Origin: Patescibacteria group bacterium
GTDB lineage: Bacteria; Patescibacteriota; Minisyncoccia; 2-02-FULL-40-12
Direction: 5' to 3'
Length of the DNA: 64,000 bases
NCBI GenBank assembly: GCA_038062015.1
Contig: JBBTXZ010000005.1
Location: 24,215-88,214 of the forward strand
A program made the translations under genes and the position numbers. The notes under the pieces were generated by a model, which had not been told where the DNA came from, did not search any database, and worked only from the letters and a program-made list of their open reading frames with translations. The first letter of the stretch is position 1. Each line of letters begins with the position of its first letter. Of this stretch, positions 48,085 to 56,026 are shown in pieces.

Positions 48085-49216
48085 AAAGTTAGAGCAATTT
48101 TCAAAAGAAGAGCTAAGTGGCAAAAAAGTTTTTCTGCGGGTTGATTTTAATATTCCATTAACACAACTTCCAACTTCTAGTTTTCGGCTTACAGAGACTT
48201 ATAGAATAAAAGCCCACAAAGAGACTATTGATTTTTTATTGTCGGCTGGAGCCAAAGTCGGGCTAGTTAGTCATATCAACGATAGTTTCAAAAATATTAC
48301 AGAAGAAATTGGGATAATTTTAGGCCATCAGCTTAATTTTGAAGAAGATATTTTAAATCCAAAGTTAGATTCGCCACTCACCCTTTTTGAAAACATCCGA
48401 AAATACGAAGGTGAAGAAATAAACGATTCTGGATTTGCCGAAGATTTGGCTAAAAACTTCGATATTTACGTTAACGACGCTTTTTCGGTTTCTCACCGCA
48501 ATCACGCTTCGGTCTCGGCGATAACCAAATTCCTGCTGTCTTATGCCGGTTTTTTAATGGAAAAAGAATTAAGTAATCTGGAGAAAGTTTTAAATGCGCC
48601 GGCTCAAGGGAAGATAATAATTTTAGGCGGAGCGAAAATTTCCACCAAGATTCCGGTGATTAGGAACTTTTTAGACAAAGCCGGCCATATATTAATCGCC
48701 GGCGCCTTGGCTAATGCAGTTTTCAAATTTAAGGGCTTGGCCGTAGGTCGGTCAACGGCTGATGATTCAGAAGCGACAGAAGTATTGAAACAAACAGATT
48801 GGGACGATTCCAAAATTCTACTGCCTAAAGACATAGTTGTTTTAGAAGACCCTGAAGGAACCCTAAAAGTATTGCCGGTTCAGAATTTAGAGGATAATCA
48901 GATGATTCTGGATATTGGTCCGGAAACGGCCAAGCAATTTTCGGAAATAATAAAAAAATCAAAAACGGTTATTTTCAACGGGCCGCTCGGATTAGCTGAG
49001 GTTGAAGCTTTTTCAGCCGGAACAAAAATAGTTTTAGATTCAATAATCCGTTCCGGGGCTTTTTCGGTTATTGGGGGTGGAGACACTCTGGCTTTGGTTG
49101 AAAAATTGAATTTAACAGACAGTTTTGGTTTTGTTTCCACCGGCGGCGGAGCGATGCTGGAATTTTTGGCTGGGAATAAACTGCCGGGGTTGGAGGCATT
49201 GGGATATTATGGATAA
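48077..49216 (+). CDS. pgk: Phosphoglycerate kinase
   Basis: LRVDFNIP, VNDAFSVSHR, GGAKISTK, DIGPET, GGGDT, STGGGA. Confidence 0.96.
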   Translation: MFKKLEQFSKEELSGKKVFLRVDFNIPLTQLPTSSFRLTETYRIKAHKETIDFLLSAGAKVGLVSHINDSFKNITEEIGIILGHQLNFEEDILNPKLDSPLTLFENIRKYEGEEINDSGFAEDLAKNFDIYVNDAFSVSHRNHASVSAITKFLLSYAGFLMEKELSNLEKVLNAPAQGKIIILGGAKISTKIPVIRNFLDKAGHILIAGALANAVFKFKGLAVGRSTADDSEATEVLKQTDWDDSKILLPKDIVVLEDPEGTLKVLPVQNLEDNQMILDIGPETAKQFSEIIKKSKTVIFNGPLGLAEVEAFSAGTKIVLDSIIRSGAFSVIGGGDTLALVEKLNLTDSFGFVSTGGGAMLEFLAGNKLPGLEALGYYG

Positions 49217-50060
49217 TCAAAAAATTAAGAAAAATGTAGTTATTTTATATCACGCTGACTGCAGCGACGGTTTTGGCGGAGCTTTTGCGGCTTGGAAGAA
49301 ATTCGGCGAGGAAGCCGATTATATTCCGATAGAACATCAGGCGCCTTTACCAGAAGATTTAAAGGGAAAACAGATTTTTTTCATTGATATTGTTCCGGAC
49401 GAAACAATTCTTAAAAAAGTGATTAACGGCAATATTTCAGTTGTCGGGATTGACCACCATAAAACCAGCGAGGCCAGTATGCATTTATTTAAAGAATATT
49501 CTTTTGACAACAATCATTCCGGCGCGGTTTTAGCCTGGAAATATTTTAATCAAGAAAAATCAGTTCCCAAGCTTTTGCTTTTAATTGAAGATATGGATTT
49601 ATGGAGATGGGGATATCCGGAGACTAGCCGATTTATTGCGGCCTTAGCTCTTTACGATTATGGCTTTGATAGTTGGGATAAAATATCCTCGGATATAGAA
49701 AATCCTGAAAAGTTTAAAGACTATCTTTCCAAAGGAGAAATTATAAATACTTACATCAAAAGAATCGCCAATAATTTAGTTAAGTATGCCCAAAAAGTCA
49801 ATTTTGAAGGTTATCAGGTTTATGCCGCGAATGTGCACCACCCAATTAAAAGTTTTGTTGGGCCGGTTTTAAAAGAAAAATATCCGCCTTTTGCTATTAC
49901 TTGGGTTCAGGAAGGCGATATAATTCACGTTTCTTTGCGGTCTGACGGTTCGGTTGATGTTTCTGAAATCGCTAAAAAATACGGGGGCGGAGGGCACAAA
50001 GCCGCGGCCGGTTTTTCTTTCCCGGCCGGCCAGCCCTTTCCATGGAAGATAATCAAATAA
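49209..50060 (+). CDS. DHH/DHHA1 family phosphoesterase
   Basis: YHADCSDG, IDHHK, DLWRW, SLRS, GGGGHKAAAG. Confidence 0.9.
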   Translation: MDNQKIKKNVVILYHADCSDGFGGAFAAWKKFGEEADYIPIEHQAPLPEDLKGKQIFFIDIVPDETILKKVINGNISVVGIDHHKTSEASMHLFKEYSFDNNHSGAVLAWKYFNQEKSVPKLLLLIEDMDLWRWGYPETSRFIAALALYDYGFDSWDKISSDIENPEKFKDYLSKGEIINTYIKRIANNLVKYAQKVNFEGYQVYAANVHHPIKSFVGPVLKEKYPPFAITWVQEGDIIHVSLRSDGSVDVSEIAKKYGGGGHKAAAGFSFPAGQPFPWKIIK

Positions 50061-50062
50061 AC

Positions 50063-50102
50063 CCAGCTTACAAATAATGATATATCATAAAAAGTAAGCT
50101 GG
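50063..50102. repeat. 40-bp imperfect palindrome (ATGATATATCAT core), related to 8100-8137
   Basis: ccagcttacaaataatgata|tatcataaaaagtaagctgg. Confidence 0.75.
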
Positions 50103-50111
50103 AGGAAAATT

Positions 50112-50549
50112 ATGAATCAAAAATTTATAATACACACAGATGGAGGAGCTAGAGGAAATCCAGGCCCTGCAGCAATAGGCGTTATAATAGAAGCGCCCGC
50201 GGAGATAAAAAAATACGGCGAATATATTGGTGAAGCGACTAATAATGAGGCCGAGTATCAAGCGGTGGTTTTCGCCTTGAAAAAATTGAAGCAGTTAATC
50301 GGAAAGGAAAAATCAAAATCAGAGGCCGAGGTTGAGATTCATTTAGACAGCGAGCTTTTAGCCAGCCAGATTAATGGAGAATATAAGATTAAAGAAAAGA
50401 ACTTGCAGGAGCTTTTTTTGCAAGTTTGGAACTTGAAGCAGGATTTTAAAAACGTAAGTTTCAAAAATATTCCGCGAGAAAAAAATCGGGGCGCGGATAA
50501 GCTGGTTAATCAGGCTTTGGATAAAGAGTTGTCAAGATTGGATTTATAG
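50112..50549 (+). CDS. rnhA: Ribonuclease HI family protein
   Basis: TDGGARGNPGPA, TNNEAEY, DSEL, PREKNRGAD. Confidence 0.92.
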   Translation: MNQKFIIHTDGGARGNPGPAAIGVIIEAPAEIKKYGEYIGEATNNEAEYQAVVFALKKLKQLIGKEKSKSEAEVEIHLDSELLASQINGEYKIKEKNLQELFLQVWNLKQDFKNVSFKNIPREKNRGADKLVNQALDKELSRLDL

Positions 50550-50581
50550 ACAAAAAAATCGATGAGTATCGATTTTTTTGT
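50550..50581. terminator. Bidirectional terminator between rnhA and rnpB
   Basis: acaaaaaaatcgat-gagt-atcgatttttttgt. Confidence 0.75.
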
Positions 50582-50586
50582 GTTCC

Positions 50587-50992
50587 TTGGTAAATCTATA
50601 AGCCGAATTCTGTATTTGTGTAGTCATTTATCTGGCCCATCGATTACTTTCAGGGTCAAGCGGCACTCCCTAAACTACATAGAGTCCAGGGTACGGCCTT
50701 GCACCCGGGTAAGGATTTAGCGGACCGATATGTTGCCATACCAGTACTCGTTTCACCCCGATGCTTTAAACCCATCGCATCGGACTAAGCTTAATTTGAT
50801 AAAATCAAATCTTTGGGTTTGCCTTCTTTGGAGTCGCCTCCTTGGACGTCTCTTGTCGCACCTCTATCCTTTCGGACGGCGGGCGTTACCCGCTACCATT
50901 TTAACTACTCATTTTTAAATAAGTACGTGGGTGTTCGGACTTTCCTCTCTCTGTTAAAATATATAACAGAGAGTGACTACCCGATTTGCCAA
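50587..50992 (-). ncRNA. rnpB: RNase P RNA
   Basis: Reverse complement contains GAGGAAAGTCCGAAC near the 5' end and ACAGAATTCGGCTTA near the 3' end; P1 pairing ttggcaaatc / gatttaccaa. Confidence 0.92.
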
Positions 50993-51014
50993 AGAACTAT
51001 TATATTATAGCAAA

Positions 51015-51617
51015 ATGAACTTAAAAGTCAAACGGTTTATTGATATAGTATTATCTCTTATTGGTTTAATCGTTTTAAGCCCTGTTTTTTTAATCATTGC
51101 CTTTTTCATCAAGTGGGATTCAGAAGGTCCAGTCTTTGTGAAATTAAGAAGAGTAAGCCAAGGGAAAGATTTTTGTTTTATAAAATTCAGGTCGATGATA
51201 AATAACGCCCACTTCCTCAACCCACAATTGCGTCTAATTAGAAATGACAGGCCAAATGCCGGCCCTTTTTGGAAGATGAAAGATGATCCGAGAATTACCA
51301 GAGTGGGTAGATTTTTGAGGAGTCATTTTTTGGACGAGCTGCCTTCTTTGATTAATGTCTTAAAGGGCGATATAAGTTTGGTTGGGCCGCGGCCGCACGA
51401 GCCGGAAGAAGTTATTCAATATAAAAATAAATATCCAGAAGTTGTTGCAGCCAAGGCAGGCATTACCTGTTTGCCTCGGCTTTATAATCCGCATCTCACT
51501 TTTGAAGAAGAAATGATAATAGAACAAAATTATTTAAAAAACCAATCCCTCTCGCTTGATTTTAAAATTTTGGTTAAAACACTCGCGAAGGTTTTTAAGG
51601 ACAGGCCGGAAGGGTGA
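51015..51617 (+). CDS. Bacterial sugar transferase (polyprenyl glycosylphosphotransferase)
   Basis: KRFIDI, KFRSM, DDPRITRVGRFLR..LDELP, SLVGPRP. Confidence 0.92.
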   Translation: MNLKVKRFIDIVLSLIGLIVLSPVFLIIAFFIKWDSEGPVFVKLRRVSQGKDFCFIKFRSMINNAHFLNPQLRLIRNDRPNAGPFWKMKDDPRITRVGRFLRSHFLDELPSLINVLKGDISLVGPRPHEPEEVIQYKNKYPEVVAAKAGITCLPRLYNPHLTFEEEMIIEQNYLKNQSLSLDFKILVKTLAKVFKDRPEG

Positions 51618-51696
51618 ATTAGTAATGTTTAACTTTTAATACCTAAGTATAAAAAGAGCTATATGACTCCTCATCTTGAATGCACCCCAGCGAATT

Positions 51697-51725
51697 TTGA
51701 CAAAAGACACCAACTTTGCTATAAT
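51697..51725 (+). promoter_or_regulatory. Consensus sigma70 promoter of DGR target gene
   Basis: TTGACA (51697-702), 17 bp, TATAAT (51720-725), with TG extended -10. Confidence 0.85.
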
Positions 51726-51866
51726 GTAAAAGTAAGATAAAACAGCACTTTTATAAGATTTATTTGCGAAAGAGATAGCCGTAGCCAAAAGCACTTCGAT
51801 AAACTCAGTGTTTCTGGCTATGGCTATCATGGTGATGGTCCTCTGGCACAACCCAAGGAGGTTGTC

Positions 51867-52475
51867 ATGGCAAGAGTAGCACTCTGCGATATTCGTGGAC
51901 TGCTCGTTGATACGATCGAGAAGCTGTCGGGCGAAGATGGTACCGAGTGGGCTGAAGAGTTCAAGCAGATTCTCCGTAAGGGAGTATCGGGTTTGCTCAG
52001 GAAGTTCACCGAAGTCATGGCCACCGGCGTCCAGAGGTTCGTCGCCAGAGACGCTTTCGGCGAGAACAACGCTGACGGCATCAAGTTCTATCTCTGGCCG
52101 AATTTCGTGAACAACTACCTCGGTAAGATCGAGGAAGACGTGAAGCCGGCGACCATCGTCATCCACCGTCTCGAGAAGGCATCGCGCAACGACAAAATCA
52201 TGGCCGAGCTGGGCATTGACATCAAGACCAAGAAGGGGGTCATCAAGTTGGCCCACTTCCGCGAGATGCTCAAAGTTCAAGCCCAAGGCCAGGAAGGTCT
52301 TCTTCTTGTTAACGGTTACGCAAACATGGCGTATATCGAAGATGAGAAAGGGAAGGTCTGGGCCGTGTACGCGTACTGGTATTCGTCGTATCGCGAGTGG
52401 CGCGTCTTTGCCGACTCTGTCGAGGACCCGTGCGAGTGGTTTCAGGGCGACCGGGTTCTCTCGCAAGTATCCTAG
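51867..52475 (+). CDS. DGR target protein with C-terminal variable region
   Basis: AAGGAGG SD; 3' end contains VR encoding WAVYAYWYSSYREWRVFADSVEDPCEWFQGDRVLS. Confidence 0.93.
   Translation: MARVALCDIRGLLVDTIEKLSGEDGTEWAEEFKQILRKGVSGLLRKFTEVMATGVQRFVARDAFGENNADGIKFYLWPNFVNNYLGKIEEDVKPATIVIHRLEKASRNDKIMAELGIDIKTKKGVIKLAHFREMLKVQAQGQEGLLLVNGYANMAYIEDEKGKVWAVYAYWYSSYREWRVFADSVEDPCEWFQGDRVLSQVS
52357..52463 (+). repeat. DGR variable repeat (VR)
   Basis: 107-bp ungapped match to 52787-52893 with 16 mismatches, all opposite TR adenines. Confidence 0.97.
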
Positions 52476-52512
52476 GATCTTGGGTCTTCGGACTTTTGGT
52501 CCTTGGGTCCGC

Positions 52513-52550
52513 CGGGTCGGTTGGAGTTTTCAACCGACCCGTTTTCTTTT
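52513..52550 (+). terminator. GC-rich hairpin downstream of VR (terminator and/or DGR homing hairpin)
   Basis: cgggtcggttg-gagtttt-caaccgacccg then ttttctttt. Confidence 0.8.
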
Positions 52551-52786
52551 ACAAAAGTTTCCAGTAAGATATATTTGGATAGTAGGCGAATCTGCCGGCG
52601 GTTACGGCTTCCGGCGGCCGAACTCCAGGCGTGCATAATGGTTTTGAATATAGGAGCCTTAAAAACGAAGATACTTGGTGCGGAATATTAGGGGAATAAG
52701 GAAAATTATATTCCGAGGGTCCCGAATTCGATACAGTCCTGAGAGCATTCAAGGGGCAGTGGCACAGAAGATATTCCGTACGATAA

Positions 52787-52893
52787 TCTGGGCCGTGAAC
52801 GCGAACTGGAATTCGTCGAATCGCGAGTGGAACGTCAATGCCAACTCTGTCGAGAACCCGAACGAGTGGAATCAGGGCAACCAGGTTCTCTCG
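52787..52893 (+). repeat. DGR template repeat (TR)
   Basis: Reads WAVNANWNSSNREWNVNANSVENPNEWNQGNQVLS, with 11 AAC/AAT codons. Confidence 0.97.
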
Positions 52894-52920
52894 AAAATCT
52901 CTTCGTTCAATCCGCCTTAT

Positions 52921-53287
52921 CTATTGGCGGGTTGTTTTTTTCTGCCAGCCGCCGAGCATCCGGCCGACCTCTTCAAGTTTTATAGATAGAGCAATATACT
53001 GTTTACTATTCAATAGTTTTAGTTCCCACATTATCTGAAAAAGGAATTTTAGTATATCAAACGAGTCAGATGCTTTATTGAGATATATCAGTTTATCCGG
53101 TTTTGTTTTCCGACTCGCGATAAAAATATTCTGAATCGTTTCAATAAATAAAGATTCAATTTTAGCTCCAAGTCCGAATCTGGTCAGTTTGTCCAAATGA
53201 ATCCAATAACCATGCCAAATCTTGTAAGCGGCAATAAGCTTTTGGAGTATCGGCAGAGTAAGGTTGGGGGGGGGGCGTAGAAGTCAT
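52921..53287 (-). CDS. avd: DGR accessory variability determinant (Avd, four-helix bundle), frameshifted at G10 tract as assembled
   Basis: LPILQKLIAAYKIWH...RFGLGAKIE...LEEVGRMLGGWQK; upstream ATG (53287) is in frame only if the tract is G9 or G12. Confidence 0.82.
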
Positions 53288-54247
53288 CTTTATTATGAAG
53301 ATATTATCTCACTTGAAAATATTTTGGAAGCGTGGAAAGAATTCATCAAAGACAAAAGAAAGAAAAAAGATGTCTATGAGTTCCAGTTGAATCTGATGGA
53401 TAATATTTTGGAACTCCACCGAGATTTAAAGAGCTTCAAATATATTCATGGTGGTTATAAGGTATTCAAAATCAACGATCCGAAACCAAGAAACATCCAT
53501 AAAGCCGATGTCAGAGACAGATTACTGCATCACGCCATTTACAGAATTTTGTATCCGTTTTTTGATAGGACGTTTATTAGTGACTCTTTTTCCTGCAGAA
53601 ACTACAAAGGGACTCACAGGGCCTTAAACAGATTCAGAAGGTTTGGTTACAAGGTCAGTAAAAATAACACTAAAACCTGCTGGGTTTTAAAATGCGACAT
53701 CAGGAAATTCTTTGAAAATATTAGCCAAGATATTCTAATCGGTATTTTAAAAAAGTATATTCCAGATAAAAAAGTAATCTGGCTGCTTGAAAAAGTAATC
53801 CGCAGTTTTTCTTCTGGTTTGCCCCTCGGAAATCTTACTTCCCAACTCTTAATCAATATCTATATGAATGAATTTGACCAGTTTGTGAAACATAAATTAA
53901 GGATTAAATATTATATCAGATATGCTGATGATTTTGTCATCTTTTCGGGAGATAGAAACTGGCTTGAAAGTAAAATAGAACCGATTAGGAACTTCTTATC
54001 TGACAGATTGAAATTAGAGCTTCATTCGGATAAGATTTTCATTAAAACCTTAGCTTCGGGAGTTGATTTTCTCGGCTGGGTTCATTTTCCGGACCACAGA
54101 ATTCTAAGAACAACTACCAAAAGAAGAATGTTTAGAAGATTAAAAGAATCAAGAAATCAAGAAACTCTTAATTCTTATTTGGGGTTGATTAAACACGGGA
54201 ACACTGGAAAGATAAAAAAGAAGATTTATTTAATTCAAAAATTATGA
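53264..54247 (+). CDS. DGR reverse transcriptase
   Basis: YEDIISLENI, DPKPRNI, RDRLLHHA, SFSCR..KGTH, LKCDIRKFF, GLPLGNLTSQ, YIRYADDF, VDFLGW. Confidence 0.96.
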   Translation: MGGGRRSHLYYEDIISLENILEAWKEFIKDKRKKKDVYEFQLNLMDNILELHRDLKSFKYIHGGYKVFKINDPKPRNIHKADVRDRLLHHAIYRILYPFFDRTFISDSFSCRNYKGTHRALNRFRRFGYKVSKNNTKTCWVLKCDIRKFFENISQDILIGILKKYIPDKKVIWLLEKVIRSFSSGLPLGNLTSQLLINIYMNEFDQFVKHKLRIKYYIRYADDFVIFSGDRNWLESKIEPIRNFLSDRLKLELHSDKIFIKTLASGVDFLGWVHFPDHRILRTTTKRRMFRRLKESRNQETLNSYLGLIKHGNTGKIKKKIYLIQKL

Positions 54248-54544
54248 ACCCCCACACTCACAAAGCTTATATGTTCTACGTTTATTTAATAAAAAGTAGG
54301 AAAACAGGTAATTTATACACGGGTTGTACTAGTAATTTGGTAAAAAGATTCAAAGAACATAATGAAAACAAAAACTTTTCTACGAAGAATAAAGGACCAT
54401 TTGAACTTATTTACTATGAAGCATATAAAAATAAAGACGATGCTTTCAATCGCGAACATAATTTAAAGCTTCGTGCCAATGCTTTAACTGGTCTTAAAAG
54501 AAGGCTGGTTAAAAGCCTCGGCAAAGCTTTATGAGTGTGGGGGT
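54248..54544. mobile_element. GIY-YIG mini-cassette bounded by 21-bp inverted repeats
   Basis: acccccacactcacaaagctt (54248-68) vs aagctttatgagtgtgggggt (54524-44), 20/21 complementary. Confidence 0.65.
54271..54534 (+). CDS. GIY-YIG nuclease family protein
   Basis: FYVYLIKS..LYTGCTSNLVKRFKEHN..LIYYEAY..AFNREHNLK. Confidence 0.9.
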   Translation: MFYVYLIKSRKTGNLYTGCTSNLVKRFKEHNENKNFSTKNKGPFELIYYEAYKNKDDAFNREHNLKLRANALTGLKRRLVKSLGKAL

Positions 54545-55634
54545 GAAAATCGCTTTAGTCTATGATTATTTGACTCAATTCGGCGGAGGGGAAAGAGTGC
54601 TTAAAGCGTTTTGCGAAATGTTCCCGGAGGCGCCGATTTTTACTTTGATTTATGACGAGCGAGCTACTGGCGGCGCTTTTAAGAATAAAAAAATCTATAC
54701 CTCTTTTTTACAAAAAATCCCGGGCGCCAAGAAACTTTTCCGCGGGTTCATTTGGCTGATGCCTTTGGCAATTGAGCAATTTGATTTGTCTGATTTTAAT
54801 CTAGTAATTTCTGTTTCTCATTCTTTCGGCAAAGGCATAATCACAAAGCCAAAAACAAAACATATTTGCTATTGTCTGACTCCGACCCGCTATCTTTGGC
54901 ATGATGCCGGCCTGCCCTTCAAACCGGTTTCGCAATTTCTCCTGACTTATTTAAGGGCTTGGGATTATCAAGCCGCTCAACGGCCGGATTATTTTATCGC
55001 TGATTCGGAAAACGTCCGCCAAAGAATCAAGAAATACTATAACCGCGAATCAAAAGTGATTTACCCGCCACTCTGGAGGCTGGAGACTGGAGGCGAGAAG
55101 CTGGAAGTTGAATATAAAAACTATTTTTTGATGGTCGGGCGGATGGTGCCGTATAAAAGATTTGATATAGCGATAGAGGCATTTAAAAGATTGCCGGAAG
55201 AAAAATTGTTAATTATCGGCGATGGACCGGGAAGAAAGAAGTTAGAAGTAAGAAATAAGAAATTAGGAGCTAAGAATATAAGATTTCTTGGCAAGGTTTC
55301 TGATTCAGAACTGGCAAAATATTATGCCGGCTCTAAAGCGCTGATTTTTCCGCAAGAAGAAGATTTCGGCATTGTGCCATTGGAAGCAATGGCTTCGGGC
55401 CGATCAGTGATTGCTTATCGGGCCGGCGGGGCCCTGGAAACAGTAATAGAAGGGGAGACCGGCGAATTTTTCAGCGAACAAACTCCGGAATCTTTAATGA
55501 GAAAAGTCCAGTCATTTGACGAGAAAAAATTTAACCCGCAGAAAATCAGAGAGTATTCTTTTAAGTATGACAAAGTAGAGTTTAAAAATAAGATCCAGAA
55601 TTTTTTAAGCCATTTGCATAATTATAAAAAATAA
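54543..55634 (+). CDS. GT4 glycosyltransferase
   Basis: KIALVYDYL..GGGERV, GRMVPYKR, EEDFGIVPLEAMASG. Confidence 0.92.
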   Translation: MKIALVYDYLTQFGGGERVLKAFCEMFPEAPIFTLIYDERATGGAFKNKKIYTSFLQKIPGAKKLFRGFIWLMPLAIEQFDLSDFNLVISVSHSFGKGIITKPKTKHICYCLTPTRYLWHDAGLPFKPVSQFLLTYLRAWDYQAAQRPDYFIADSENVRQRIKKYYNRESKVIYPPLWRLETGGEKLEVEYKNYFLMVGRMVPYKRFDIAIEAFKRLPEEKLLIIGDGPGRKKLEVRNKKLGAKNIRFLGKVSDSELAKYYAGSKALIFPQEEDFGIVPLEAMASGRSVIAYRAGGALETVIEGETGEFFSEQTPESLMRKVQSFDEKKFNPQKIREYSFKYDKVEFKNKIQNFLSHLHNYKK

Positions 55635-55660
55635 GATAATATTATATAAGGAGGTGAAAG

Positions 55661-55966
55661 ATGGGTGATATTTTCAGCTGGCCCCTGTCTTTGGCAATGA
55701 AGGCTTTCAGTTTTTTCGTCTTAGCCGCTTTCCTTTTTTTGATTGCTGGTTTAGCGGCTTGGATAAGAGACGCCCGGCCGCCGGAAGAAAAGTTAGTCGT
55801 TTTTGTCATCTGGGCTGGTCTTGCTGCCGTGTCTTTCTTCGGTTTTCTGATTTTTGGCTTGGGCTTATCTGGTTCAGCAGGAGTCGTAGTCGGCGCCTCT
55901 CTCTGGGGTTTTTTCTGGAAGCAGATTATATCGTTCTTTTTTGGAAAAGAGCCTTTGTCGCTTTAA
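55661..55966 (+). CDS. Small hypothetical membrane protein
   Basis: AGGAGGTG SD; about three hydrophobic segments. Confidence 0.65.
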   Translation: MGDIFSWPLSLAMKAFSFFVLAAFLFLIAGLAAWIRDARPPEEKLVVFVIWAGLAAVSFFGFLIFGLGLSGSAGVVVGASLWGFFWKQIISFFFGKEPLSL

Positions 55967-56026
55967 GCGGCGAAGGCTCTATTTTATTCACAAAGGATTT
56001 ATTTAAAATTTTGCTATACTAAAAGA

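Larger units (their letters stand above)
51697..54247 (+). mobile_element. Diversity-generating retroelement (target-VR, TR, antisense avd, RT)
   Basis: VR/TR pair with adenine-only mismatches, Avd-like ORF and DGR-type RT in 2.5 kb. Confidence 0.96.

Noticed and set aside
50730-51010. Small ORFs 50730-50918 and 50813-51010
   Set aside because: They lie antisense to the RNase P RNA gene.
51636-52466. 276-aa antisense ORF (and 18136-18609)
   Set aside because: Shadow frames of the GC-rich target genes, which have the promoter and SD on the plus strand.
52675-52989. 104-aa Asn-rich ORF
   Set aside because: It is the reading frame through TR (AAY codons); TR normally acts as RNA and there is no evidence of translation.
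53264-54247. Group II intron or retron RT
   Set aside because: 327 aa with no maturase or endonuclease extension; adjacent TR/VR pair and Avd identify it as a DGR RT.
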